64,000 nucleotides of DNA from Eledone cirrhosa. Taxonomy: Eukaryota. The DNA is taken from assembly GCA_964016885.1 (NCBI GenBank), contig OZ024743.1, forward strand, positions 378,076,001 through 378,140,000, read 5' to 3'. Both the position numbers and the translations under genes were made by a program. The notes under the pieces are model-generated. The model was not told the origin of the DNA, ran no database searches, and saw nothing but the letters and a program-made list of their open reading frames with translations. Of this stretch, positions 35,040 to 53,000 are shown piece after piece (the stretch's first letter is position 1; every line of letters begins with the position of its first letter).

Positions 35040-38000
35040 CAAACCACTGCCAACAACACCATTACCATCACACCACCGCTGCCAACAATGCTACTCCCAT
35101 CACACAACCACTGCAAACAACATCATTACCATCACACCATCGCTGCCAACAATGCTACTACCATCACACAACCACTGCCAACAACACCATTTCCATCACA
35201 CCACCACTGCCAACAACACCATTACCATCACACCACCACTGCCAACAACACCATTACCATCACACCACCACTGCCAACAACATCACTACCATCATAACAC
35301 CACTGCCAACAACATCACTACCATCACACCACCACTGCCAACAACACCATTACCATCACACCACCACTGCCAACAACACCATTACCATCACACCACCACT
35401 ACCAACAACATCACTACCATCACACCACCACTGCCAACAACATCACTACCATCACACCACCACTGCCAACAACACCATTACCATCACACCACCACTGCCA
35501 ACAACATCACTACCATCATACCACCACTCAACAACACCATTACCATCACACCACCACTGCCAACAACACCATTACCATCACACCACCACTGCCAACAACA
35601 TCACTACCATCACACCACCACTGCCAACAACACCATTACCAACAACATCACTACCATCACACCACCACTGCCAACAACACCATTACCATCACACCACCAC
35701 TGCCAACAACATCACTACCATCACACCACCACTGCCAACAACACCATTACCAACAACATCACTACCATCACACCACCACTGCCAACAACACCATTACCAA
35801 CAACATCACTACCATCACACCACCACTGCCAACAACACCATTACCATCACACCACCACTGCCAACAACATCACTACCATCACACCACCACTGCCAACAAC
35901 ACCATTACCAACAACATCAATACCATCACACCACCACTGCCAACAACACCATTACCATCACACCACCACTGCCAACAACATCACTACCATCACACCACCA
36001 CTGCCAACAACATCAATACCATCACACCACCACTGCCAACAACATCACTACCATCACACCACCACTGCCAACAACACCATTACCATCACACCACCACTGC
36101 CAACAACACCATTACCATCACACCACCACTGCCAACAACATCACTACCATCACACCACCACTGCCAACAACACCATTACCATCATACCACCACTGCCAAC
36201 AACATCACTACCATCACACCACCACTGCCAACAACACCATTACCATCACACCACCACTGCCAACAACATCACTACCATCACACCACCACTGCCAACAACA
36301 CCACTACCATCACACCACCACTGCCAACAACACCATTACCATCATACCACCACTGCCAACAACATCACTACCATCACACCACCACTGCCAACAACACCAC
36401 TACCATCACACCACCACTGCCAACAACATCACTACCATCACACCACCACTGCCAACAACACCATTACCATCATACCACCACTGCCAACAACATCACTACC
36501 ATCACACCACCACTGCCAACAACACCATTACCATCACACCACCACTGCCAACAACATCACTACCATCACACCACCACTGCCAACAACACCACTACCATCA
36601 CACCACCACTGCCAACAACACCATTACCATCATACCACCACTGCCAACAACACCACTACCATCACACCACCACTGCCAACAACACCATTACCATCATACC
36701 ACCACTGCCAACAACACCATTACCATCACACCACCACTGCCAACAACACCATTACCATCATACCACCACTGCCAACAACACCATTACCATCACACCACCA
36801 GTGCCAAGAATATCACTACCATCATACCACCACTGCCAACAACATCACTACCATCACACCACCACTGCCAACAACACCATTACCATCACACCACCACTGC
36901 CAACAACACCACTACCATCACACCACCACTGCCAACAACACCATTACCATCATACCACCACTGCCAACAACACCACTACCATCACACCACCACTGCCAAC
37001 AACACCATTACCATCATACCACCACTGCCAACAACACCATTACCATCACACCACCACTGCCAACAACACCATTACCATCATACCACCACTGCCAACAACA
37101 CCACTACCATCACACCACCACTGCCAACAACACCACTACCATCACACCACCACTGCCAACAACACCATTACCATCACACCACCACTGCCAACACCACCAT
37201 TACCATCGCAGCACCACTGCCAACAACATCACTACCATCACACTACCACTGCCAACAACATCACTACCGTCACAACACCACTGCCAACACCATTACCATC
37301 ACACCACCACTACCATCATACCACCACTGCCAACAACATCAATACCATCACACCACCACTGCCAACAACACCATTACCATCACACCACCAGTGCCAAGAA
37401 CATCACTACCATCACACCACCACTGCCAACAACACCATTACCATCAAACCACCACTGCCAACAACATCACTACCATCACACCACCACTGCCAACAACACC
37501 ATTACCATCACACCACCACTGCCAACAACACCACTACCATCACACCACCACTGCCAACAACACCATTACCATCATACCACCACTGCCAACAACACCATTA
37601 CCATCACACCACCACTGCCAACAACACCATTACCATCATACCACCACTGCCAACAACACCATTACCATCATAGCACCACTCAACACCATTACCATCACAC
37701 CACCACTGCCAACAACACCATTACCATCATACCACCACTGCCAACAACACCATTACCATCGCACCACCACTGCCAACAACACCATTACCATCATACTACC
37801 ACTAAACAACATCACTGCCAACAAGACCATTACCATCACAGCACCACTGCCAACACCACCACTACCATCACAACACCATTACCATCATACCACCACTGCC
37901 AACAACACCATTACCATCATACCACCACTCAACAACACCATTACCATCACACCACCACTGCCAACAACATCACTACCATCACACCACCGCTGCCAACAAG

Positions 38001-41000
38001 ACCATTACCATCACACCACCGCTGCCAACAAGACCATTACCATCACACCACCGCTGCCAGCAACATCACTACCATCACACCACCACTGCCAACAACACCA
38101 TTACCATCGCAGCACCACTGCCAACAACACCATTACCATCGCAGCACCACTGCCAACAACATCACTACCATCACACCACCACTGCCAACAACATCACTAC
38201 CGTCACAACACCACTGCCAACACCATTACCATCACACCACCACTACCATCATACCACCACTGCCAACAACATCAATACCATCACACCACCACTGCCAACA
38301 ACACCATTACTATCACACCACCAGTGCCAAGAACATCACTACCATCACACCACCACTGCCAACAACATCACTACCATCATACCACCACTGCCAACAACAC
38401 CATTACCATCAAACCACCACTGCCAACAACATCACTACCATCACACCACCACTGCCAACAACATCACTACCATCATACCACCACTGCCAACAACACCATT
38501 ACCATCATACCACCACTGCCAACAACACCATTACCATCATACCACCACTCAACAACATCACTGACAACAACACCATTACCATCATACCACCACTGCCAAC
38601 AACACCATTACCATCATACCACCACTGCCAACAACACCATTACCATCATACCACCACTCAACAACACCACTGCCAACAGCACCATTACCATCACACCACC
38701 ACTGCCAACAACACCATTACCATCACACCACCACTGCCAACAACATCACTACCATCACACCACCACTGCCAACAACACCATTACCATCACACCACCAGTG
38801 CCAAGAACATCACTACCATCACAACACCACTGCCAACAACATCACTGCGAACAACACCATTACCATCATACCACCACTGCCAACAACACCATTATCATCA
38901 TACCACCACTCAACAACGCCATTACCATCACACCACCACTGCCAACAAGACCATTACCATCATACCACTGCTGCCAACAACACCATTACCATCACACCAC
39001 CACTGCCAACAACATCACTACCATCACACCACCACTGCCAACAACACCATTACCATCATACCACCACTGCCAACAACATCACTACCATCACACCACCACT
39101 GCCAACAACATCACTACCATCACACCACCACTGCCAACAACATCACTACCATCACACCACCACTGCCAACAACACCATTACCATCACACCACCAATGCCA
39201 ACAGCATCATTACCATCACACCAACGCTGCCAACAATACCACTACCATCACACCACCTCTGCCAACAACACCACCACTGCCAACAACACCATTACCATCA
39301 CACCACCACTGCCAACAACACCATTACCATCATACCACCACTGCCAACATCATCACTACCATCACAACACCATTACCATCACACCACCACAGCCAACAAC
39401 ACCATTACCATCATACCACCACTGCCAACATCATCACTACCATCACACCACCACTGCCAACAACACCGTTACCATCACACCACCACTGCCAACAACACCA
39501 TTACCATCACACCACCACTGCCAACAACACCAATACCATCACACCACCACTGCCAACAACACCATTACCATCACACCACCATTACCATCATACCACCACT
39601 GCCAACATCATCACTACCATCACAACACCATTACCATCACACCACCACAGCCAACAACACCATTACCATCATACCACCACTGCCAACATCATCACTACCA
39701 TCACAACACCATTACCATCACACCACCACTGCCAACAACACCGTTACCATCACACCACCACTGCCAACAACACCATTACCATCATACCACCACTGCCAAC
39801 AACACCATTACCATCACACCACCACTGCCAACAACACCATTACCATCATACCACCACTCAACACCATTACCATCACACCACCACTGCCAACAACACCATT
39901 ACCATCATACCACCACTGCCAACAACACCATTACCATCACACCACCACTGCCAACAACACCATTACCATCATACTACCACTAAACAACATCACTGCCAAC
40001 AAGACCATTACCATCACAGCACCACTGCCAACACCACCACTACCATCACAACACCATTACCATCATACCACCACTGCCAACAACACCATTACCATCATAC
40101 CACCACTCAACAACACCATGACCATCACACCACCACTGCCAACAACGTCACTACCATCACACCACCACTGCCAACAACACCATTACCATCGCAGCACCAC
40201 TGCCAACAACATCACTACCGTCACAACACCACTGCCAACAACACCATTACCATCACACCACCAGTGCCAAGAACATCACTACCATCACACCACCACTGCC
40301 AACAACATCACTACCATCATACCACCACTGCCAACAACACCATTACCATCAAAACACCACTGCCAACAACATCACTACCATCACACCACCACTGCCAACA
40401 ACACCATTACCATCACACCACCAGTGCCAAGAACATCACTACCATCACACCACCACTGCCAACAACATCACTACCATCATACCACCACTGCCAACAACAC
40501 CATTACCATCAAAACACCACTGCCAACAACATCACTACCATCACACCACCACTGCCAACAACACCATTACCATCACACCACCAGTGCCAAGAACATCACT
40601 ACCATCATACCACCACTGCCAACAACACCATTACCATCAAAACACCACTGCCAACAACATCACTACCATCATACGATCACTGCCAACAACACCATTACCA
40701 TCATACCACCACTGCCAACAACACCATTACCATCATACCACCACTCAACAACATCACTGACAACAACACCATTACCATCATACCACCACTGCCAACAACA
40801 ACATTACCATCATACCACCACTGCCAACAACAACATTACCATCATACCACCACTACCATCACACCACCGATGCCAACAACATCATTACCATCACACCAAC
40901 GCTGCCAACAATACCACTACCATCACACCACCACTGCCAACAACACCATTACCATCACACCACCACTGCCAACAACACCATTGCCATCACACCACCACTG

Positions 41001-44000
41001 CCAACAACACCATTACCATCATACCACCACTGCCAACAACACCATTACCATCATACCACCACTGCCAACAACACCATTACCATCATACCACCACTCAACA
41101 ACATCACTGACAACAACACCATTACCATCATACCACCACTGCCAACAACACCATTACCATCATACCACCACTCAACAACACCACTGCCAACAGCACCATT
41201 ACCATCACACCACCACTGCCAACAACACCATTACCATCACACCACCAGTGCCAAGAACATCACTACCATCACAACACCACTGCCAACATCACCACTACCA
41301 TCACACCACCATTACCATCATACCACCACTACCATCACACCACCGATGCCAACAACATCACTACCATCACACCACCACTGCCAACAACACCATTACCATC
41401 ACACCACCAGTGCCAAGAACATCACTACCATCACAACACCACTGCCAACATCACCACTACCATCACACCACCATTACCATCATACCACCACTGCCAACAA
41501 CACCATTACCATCATACCACCACTCAACAACGCCATTACCATCACACCACCACTGCCAACAAGACCATTACCATCACACCACTGCTGCCAACAACACCAT
41601 TACCATCATACCACCACTGCCAACAACATCACTACCGTCACAACACCACTACCATCACACCACCACTGCCAACAACATCACTACCATCACACCACCACTG
41701 GCAACAACACCATTACCATCATACCACCACTGCCAACAACATCACTACCATCACACCACCACTGCCAACACCATTACCATCACACCACCACTGCCAACAA
41801 CATCACTACCATCACACCACCACTGCCAACAACATCACTACCATCACACCACCACTGCCAACAACATCACTACCATCACACCACCACTGCCAACAACACC
41901 ATTACCATCACACCACCACTGCCTACAACACCATTACCATCACACCACCAATGCCAACAACATCATTACCATCACACCAACGCTGCCAACAATACCACTA
42001 CCATCACACCACCACTGCCAACAACACCATTACCATCACACCACCACTGCCAACAACACCATTACCATCATACCACCACTGCCAACAACATCACTACCAT
42101 CACACCACCACTGCCAACACCATTACCATCACACCACCACTGCCAACAACATCACTACCATCACACCACCACTGCCAACAACATCACTACCATCACACCA
42201 CCACTGCCAACAACATCACTACCATCACACCACCACTGCCAACAACACCATTACCATCACACCACCACTGCCTACAACACCATTACCATCACACCACCAA
42301 TGCCAACAACATCATTACCATCACACCAACGCTGCCAACAATACCACTACCATCACACCACCACTGCCAACAACACCATTACCATCACACCACCACTGCC
42401 AACAACACCATTACCATCACACCACCAATGCCAACAACATCATTACCATCACACCACCACTGCCAACAACACCATTACCATCACACCACCACTGCCAACA
42501 CCACCATTACCATCACACCACCACTGCCAACAACACCATTACCATCACACCACCACTGCCAACACCACCATTACCATCACACCACCACTGCCAACATCAC
42601 CACTACCATCACAACACCATTACCATCACACCACCACTGCCAACAACACCGTTACCATCACACCACCACTGCCAACAACACCATTACCATCATACCACCA
42701 CTGCCAACAACACCATTACCATCATACTACCACTAAACAACATCACTGCCAACAAGACCATTACCATCACAGCACCACTGCCAACACCACCACTACCATC
42801 ACACCACCACTGCCAACAACACCATTACCATCACACCACCACTGCCAACAACACCATTACCATCATACCACCACTGCCAACAACACCATTACCGTCACAC
42901 CACCACTGCCAACAACACCATTACCATCATACTACCACTAAACAACATCACTGCCAACAAGACCATTACCATCACAGCACCACTGCCAACACCACCACTA
43001 CCATCACAACACCATTACCATCATACCACCACTGCCAACAACACCATTACCATCATACCACCACTCAACAACATCACTACCATCACACCACCGCTGCCGA
43101 CAACATCACTACCATCACACCACCGCTGCCGACAACATCACTACCATCACACCACCACTGCCAACAACATCACTACCATCACACCACCACTGCCAACAAC
43201 ATCACTACCGTCACAACACCACTGCCAACAACATCACACCACCACTACCATCATACCACCACTGCCAACAACATCAATACCATCACACCACCACTGCCAA
43301 CAACACCATTACCATCACACCACCAGTGCCAAGAACATCACTATCATCACACCACCACTGCCAACAACATCACTACCATCATACCACCACTGCCAACAAC
43401 ACCATTACCATCAAACCACCACTGCCAACAACATCACTACCATCACACCACCACTGCCAACAACATCACTACCATCATACGACCACTGCCAACAACACCA
43501 TTACCATCATAGCACCACTGCCAACAACACCATTACCATCATACCACCACTCAACAACACCATTACCATCATACCACCACTGCCAACAACACCATTACCA
43601 TCATACCACCACTGCCAACAGCACCATTACCATCACACCACCACTGCCAACAACACCATTACCATCACACCACCACTGCCAACAACATCACTACCATCAC
43701 ACCACCACTGCCAACAACACCATTACCATCACACCACCAGTGCCAAGCACATCACTACCATCACAACACCACTGCCAACAACATCACTGCCAACAACACC
43801 ATTACCATCACAGCACCACTGCCAACATCACCACTACCATCACACCACCATTACCATCATACCACCACTGCCAACAACACCATTACCATCATACCACCAC
43901 TCAACAACGCCATTACCATCACACCACCACTGCCAACAAGACCATTACCATCACACCACTGCTGCCAACAACACCATTACCATCATACCACCACTGCCAA

Positions 44001-47000
44001 CAATACCATTACCATCACAACACCACTGCCAACAACATCACTACCGTCACAACACCACTACCATCACACCACCACTGCCAACAACATCACTACCATCACA
44101 CCACCACTGCCAACAACACCATTACCATCATACCACCACTGCCAACAACATCACTACCATCACACCACCACTGCCAACAACATCACTACCATCACACCAC
44201 CACTGCCAACAACATCACTACCATCACACCACCACTGCCAACAACATCACTACCATCACACCACCACTGCCAACAACACCATTACCATCACACCACCACT
44301 GCCTACAACACCATTACCATCACACCACCAATGCCAACAACATTATTACCATCACACCAACGCTGCCAACAATACCACTACCATCACACCACCACTGCCA
44401 ACAACACCATTACCATCACACCACCACTGCCAACAACACCATTGCCATCACACCACCACTGCCAACAACACCATTACCATCATACCACCACTACCATCAC
44501 ACCACCACTGCCAACAACACCATTACCATCACACCACCACTGCCAACAACACCATTACCATCACACCACCACTGCCAACAACACCATTACCATCACACCA
44601 CCACTGCCAACAACACCACTACCATCATACCACCACTCAACACCATTACCATCACACCACCACTGCCAACAACACCATTACCATCACACCACCACTGCCT
44701 ACAAGACCATTACCATCACACCACTGCTGCAAACAACATCACTACCATCACACCACCACTGCCAACAACATCACTACCGTCACAACACCACTGCCAACAC
44801 CATTACCATCACACCACCAGTGCCAAGAACATCACTACCATCACACCACCACTGCCAACAACACCATTACCATCACACCACCACTGCCAACAACACCATT
44901 ACCATCACACCACCACTGCCAACAACATCACTACCATCACACCACCACTGCCAACAACACCATTACCATCACACCACCACTGCCAACAACATTACTACCA
45001 TCACACCACCACTGCCAACAACATCACTACCATCATACCACCACTGCCAACAACACCATTACCATCAGAAAACCACTGCCAAGAACACCATTACCATCAT
45101 ACCACCACTCAACAACACCATTACCATCACACCACCACTGCCAACAACACCATTACCATCATACCACCACTCAACACCACCACTACCAACAACACCATTA
45201 CCATCACACCACCACTGCCAACAACACCATTACTATCATACCACCACTCATCAACACCATTACTATCATACCACCACTCAACAACACCATTACAATCACA
45301 CCACCACTGCCAACAACACCATTACCATCATACCACCACTCAACAACATCACTGCCAACAACACCATTACCATCACAGCACCACTGCTATCATCACCACT
45401 ACCATCACAACACCAATACCATCATACCACCACTGCCAACAACACCATTACCATCATACCACCACTCAACAACACCACTACCATCACACCACCACTGCCA
45501 ACAGGACCATTACCATCACACCACTGCTGCCAACAACATCACTACCATCACACCACCACTGCCAAAAACACCATTACCATCAAACCACCACTGCCAACAC
45601 CATTACCATCACACCACCACTACTATCATACCACCACTGCCAACAACATCAATACCATACACCACCACTGCCAACAACACCATTACCATCACACCACCAG
45701 TGCCAAGAATATCACTACCATCACACCACCACTGCCAACAACATCACTACCATCACACCACCACTGCCAACAACATCACTACCATCATACCACCACTGCC
45801 AACAACACCATTACCATCATACCACCACTGCCAACAACACCATTACCATCATACCACCACTCAACAACATCACTGACAACAACACCATTACCATCATACC
45901 ACCACTGCCAACAACACCATTACCATCATACCACCACTCAACAACACCATTACCATCACACCACCACTGCCAACAACACAATAACCATCATACCACCACT
46001 CAACAACACCATTAGCATCATACTACCATTCAACAACATCACTGCCAACAAGACCATTACCATCACAGCACCACTACCATCACACAACCACTGCAAACAA
46101 AACCATTACCATCATACCACCACTCAACAACACCACTGCCAACAACACCATTACCATCACACCACCACTGCCAACAACACCATTACCATCACACCACCAC
46201 TGCCAACAACATCACTACCATCACACCACCACTGCCAACAACACCATTACCATCACACCACCACTGCCAACAACAACATTACCATCACACCACCACTGCC
46301 AACAACACCATTACCATCACACCACCACTGCCAACAACACCATTACCATCACACCACCACTGCCAACAACACCATTACCATCATACCACCACTGCCAACA
46401 ATACAATTACCATCATACCACCACTGCCAACAATACAATTACCATCATACCACCACCATTACCATCACACCACCACTGCCAACAACATCACTACCATCAC
46501 ACCACCACTGCCAACAAGACCATTACCATCACACCATCACTGCCAACAACATCACTACCATCACACCACCACTGCCTACAACACCATTACTATCACACCA
46601 CCAATACCAACATCATTACCATCACACCAACGCTGCCAACAATACCACTACCATCACACCACCACTGCCAACAACACCATTACAATCACACCACCACTGC
46701 CAACAACACCATTACCATCACCACACCATTTCCATCATACCACCACTGCCAACAACACCATTACCATCACACCACCACTGCCAACAACACCATTACCATC
46801 ACACCACCACTACCACTCAACACCATTACCATCACACCACCACTGCTAACAACACCATTACCATCATACCACCACTGCCAACAACACCATTACCATCATA
46901 CTACCACTAAACAAATCACTGCCAACAAGACCATTACCATCACAGCACCACTGCCAACATCACCACTACCATCATACCACCACTGCCAACAACACCATTA

Positions 47001-50000
47001 CCATCATACCACCACTCAACAACACCATTACCATCACACCACCACTGCCAACAACATCACTACCATCACACCAACACTGCCTACAAGACCATTACCATCA
47101 CACCACTGCTGCAAACAACATCACTACCATCACACCACCACTGCCAACAACATCACTACCATCACACCACCACTGCCAACAACATCACTACCATCACACC
47201 ACCACTGCCAACAACATCACTACCGTCACAACACCACTGCCAACACCATTACCATCACACCACCAGTGCCAAGAACATCACTACCATCACACCACCACTG
47301 CCAACAACATCACTACCATCACACCACCACTGCCAACAACACCATTACCATCACACCACCACTGCCAACAACATTACTACCATCACACCACCACTGCCAA
47401 CAACATCACTACCATCATACCACCACTGCCAACAACACCATTACCATCAGAAAACCACTGCCAAGAACACCATTACCATCATACCACCACTCAACAACAC
47501 CATTACCATCACACCACCACTGCCAACAACACCATTACCATCATACCACCACTCAACACCACCACTGCCAACAACACCATTACCATCACACCACCACTGC
47601 CAACAACACCATTACCATCATACCACCACTCATCAACACCATTACTATCATACCACCACTCAACAACACCATTACCATCACACCACCACTGCCAACAACA
47701 CCATTACCATCATACCACAACTCAACCACACCACTGCCAACAACACCATTACCATCATACCACCACTCAACAACACCATTACCATCACACCACCACTGCC
47801 AACAACACCATTACCATCATACCACCACTCAACAACATCACTGCCAACAACACCATTACCATCACAGCACCACTGCCAACATCACCACTACCATCACAAC
47901 ACCAATACCATCATACCACCACTGCCAACAACACCATTACCATCATACCACCACTCAACAACACCACTACCATCACACCACCACTGCCAACAGGACCATT
48001 ACCATCACACCACTGCTGCCAACAACATCACTACCATCACACCACCACTGCCAAAAACACCATTACCATCAAACCACCACTGCCTACACCATTACCATCA
48101 CACCACCACTACCATCATACCACCACTGCCAACAACATCAATACCATCACACCACCACTGCCAACAACACCATTACCATCACACCACCAGTGCCAAGAAC
48201 ATCACTACCATCACACCACCACTGCCAACAACATCACTACCATCACACCACCACTGCCAACAACACCATTACCATGAAACCACCACTGCCAACAACATCA
48301 CTACCATCACACCACCACTGCCAACAACATCACTACCATCATACCACCACTGCCAACAACACCATTACCATCATACCACCACTGCCAACAACACCATTAC
48401 CATCATACCACCACTCAACAACACCATTACCATCATACCACCACTGCCAACAACACCATTACCATCATACCACCACTCAACAACACCATTACCATCACAC
48501 CACCACTGCCAACAACACCATTACCATCATACCACCACTCAACAACACCATTAGCATCATACTACCATTCAACAACATCACTGCCAACAAGACCATTACC
48601 ATCACAGCACCACTACCATCACACAACCACTGCAAACAAAACCATTACCATCATACCACCACTCAACAACACCACTGCCAACAACACCATTACCATCACA
48701 CCACCACTGCCAACAACACCATTACCATCACACCACCACTGCCAACAACATCACTACCATCACACCACCACTGCCAACAACACCATTACCATCACAACAC
48801 CATTACCATCATACCACCACTGCCAACAATACCATTACCATCATACCACCACTCAACAACACCATTACCATCACACCACCACTGCCAACAACATCACTAC
48901 CATCACACCACCACTGCCAACAAGACCATTACCATCACACCACCACTGCCAACAACATCACTACCATTACACCACCACTGCCAACAACACCATTACCATC
49001 ACACCACCACTGCCTACAACACCATTACTATCACACCACCAATACCAACAACATCATTACCATCACACCAACGCGGCCAACAATACCACTACCATCACAC
49101 CACCACTGCCAACAACACCATTACCATCACACCACCACTGCCAACAACACAATTACCATCACACCACCACTGCCAACAACACCATTACCATCATACCACC
49201 ACTCAACACCATTACCATCACACCACCACTGCCAACAACACCATTACCATCATACCACCACTGCCAACAACACCATTACCATCACACCACCACTGCCAAC
49301 AACACCATTACCATCACACCACCACTGCCTACAACACCATTACTATCACACCACCAATACCAACAACATCATTACCATCATACCACCACTGCCAACAATA
49401 CCACTACCATCACACCACCACTGCCAACAACACCATTACCATCATACCACCACTGCCAACAACACCATTACCATCACACCACCACTGCCAACAACACCAT
49501 TACCATCATACCACCACTCAACACCATTACCATCACACCACCACTGCCAACAACACCATTACCATCATACCACCACTGCCAACAACACCATTACCATCAC
49601 ACCACCACTGCCAACAACACCATTACCATCATACTATCACTAAACAACATCACTGCCAACAAGACCATTACCATCACAGTACCACTGCCAACATCACCAT
49701 TACCATCATACCACCACTGCCAACAACAGCATTACCATCATACCACCACTGCCAACAACACCATTACCATCATACCACCACTCAACAACACCATTACCAT
49801 CACACCACCACTGCCAACAACATCACTACCATCTCACCACCACTGCCTACAAGACCATTACCATCACACCACTGCTGCAAACAACGTCACTACCATCACA
49901 CCACCACTGCCAACACCATTACCATCACACCACCAGTGCCAAGAACATCACTACCATCACACCACCACTGCCAACAACATCACTACCATCACACCACCAC

Positions 50001-53000
50001 TGCCAACAACACCATTACCATCACACCACCACTGCCAACAACATTACTACCATCACACCACCACTGCCAACAACATCACTACCATCATACCACCACTGCC
50101 AACAACACCATTACCATCAGACCACCACTGCCAATAACACCATTACCATCATACCACCACTCAACAACACCAATACCATCCCACCACCACTGCCAACAAC
50201 ACCATTACCATCATACCACCACTCAACACCACCATTACCATCATACCACCACTGCCAACAACACCATTACCATCACACCACCACTGCCAACAACACCATT
50301 ACCATCATACCACCACTCATCAACACCATTACTATCATACCACCACTCAACAACACCATTACCATCACACCACCACTGCCAACAACACCATTACCATCAT
50401 ACCACCACTCAAGCACACCACTGCCAACAACACCATTACCATCATACCACCACTCAACAACACCATTACCATCATACCACCACTCAACAACATCACTGCC
50501 AACAACACCATTACCATCACAGCACCACTGCCAACATCACCACTACCATCACAACACCAATACCATCATACCACCACTGCCAACAACACCATTACCATCA
50601 TACCACCACTCAACAACACCACTACCATCACACCACCACTGCCAACAGGACCATTACCATCACACCACTGCTGCCAACAACATCACTACCATCACACCAC
50701 CACTGCCAAAAACACCATTACCATCACACCACCACTACCATCATACCACCACTGCCAACAACATCACTACCATCACACCACCACTGCCAACAACACCATT
50801 ACCATCACACCACCAGTGCCAAGAACATCACTACCATCACACCACCACTGCCAACAACACCATTACCATGAAACCACCACTGCCAACAACATCACTACCA
50901 TCACACCACCACTGCCAACAACATCACTACCATCATACCACCACTGCCAACAACACCATTACCATCATACCACCACTGCCAACAACACCATTACCATCAT
51001 AACACCACTCAACAACATCACTGACAACAAGACCATTACCCATCATACCACCACTGCCAACAACACCATTACCATCATACCACCACTCAACAACACCATT
51101 AGCATCATACTACCATTCAACAACATCACTGCCAACAAGACCATTACCATCACAACACCACTACCATCACACAACCACTGCAAACAAAACCATTACCATC
51201 ATACCACCACTCAACAACACCACTGCCAACAGCACCATTACCATCATACCACCACTCAACAACACCACTGCCAACAACACCATTACCATCACACCACCAC
51301 TGCCAACAACACCATTACCATCACACCACCACTGCCAACAACATCACTACCATCACACCACCACTGCCAACAACACCATTACCATCACACCACCACTGCC
51401 AACAACAACATTACCATCACACCACCACTGCCAACAACACCATTACCATCACACCACCACTGCCAACAACACCATTACCATCACACCACCACTGCCAACA
51501 ACATCACTACCATCACACCACCACTGCCAACAACACCATTACCATCATACCACCACTCAACAACACCATTACCATCACACCACCACTGCCAACAACATCA
51601 CTACCATCACACCACCACTGCCAACAAGACCATTACCATCACACCACCACTGCCAACAACATCACTACCATCACACCACCACTGCCAACAACACCATTAC
51701 CATCACACCACCACTGCCAACAACACCATTACCATCACCACACCATTACCATCATACCACCACTGCCAACAATACCATTACCATCACACCACCACTGCCA
51801 ACAACACCATTACCATCATACCACCACTCAACACCGTTACCATCACACCACCACTGCCAACAACACCATTACCATCATACCACCACTGCCAACAACACCA
51901 TTACCATCACACCACCACTGCCAACAACACCATTACCATCATACTACCACTAAACAACATCACTGCCAACAAGACCATTACCATCACAGCACCACTCAAC
52001 AACACCATTACCACTACCATCACAGCACCATTACCATCATACCACCACTGCCAACAACACCATTACCATCATACCACCACTCAACAACACCATTACCATC
52101 ACACCACTGCTGCAAACAACGTCACTACCATCACACCACCACTGCCAACAACATCACTACCGTCACAACACCACTGCCAACACCATTACCATCACACCAC
52201 CAGTGCCAAGAACATCACTACCATCACACCACCACTGCCAACAACATCACTACCATCACACCACCACTGCCAACAACACCATTACCATCACACCACCACT
52301 GCCAACAACATTACTACCATCACACCACCACTGCCAACAACATCACTACCATCATACCACCACTGCCAACAACACCATTACCATCAGACCACCACTGCCA
52401 ATAACACCATTACCATCATACCACCACTCAACAACACCAATACCATCCCACCACCACTGCCAACAACACCATTACCATCATACCACCACTCAACACCTCC
52501 ATTACCATCATACCACCACTGCCAGCAACACCATTACCATCACACCACCACTGCCAACAACACCATTACCATCATACCACCACTCATCAACACCATTACT
52601 ATCATACCACCACTCAACAACACCATTACCATCACACCACCACTGCCAACAACACCATTACCATCATACACCACTCAACCACACCACTGCCAACAACACC
52701 ATTACCATCATACCACCACTCAACAACACCATTACCATCATACCACCACTCAACAACATCACTGCCAACAACACCATTACCATCACATCACCACTACCAT
52801 CATACCACCACTGCCAACAACACCATTACCATCATACCACCACTCAACAACACCACTACCATCACACCACCACTGCCAACAAGACCATTACCATCACACC
52901 ACTGCTGCCAACAACATCACTACCATCACACCACCACTGCCAAAAACACCATTACCATCACACCACCACTGCCAACAACATCACTACCGTCACAACACCA

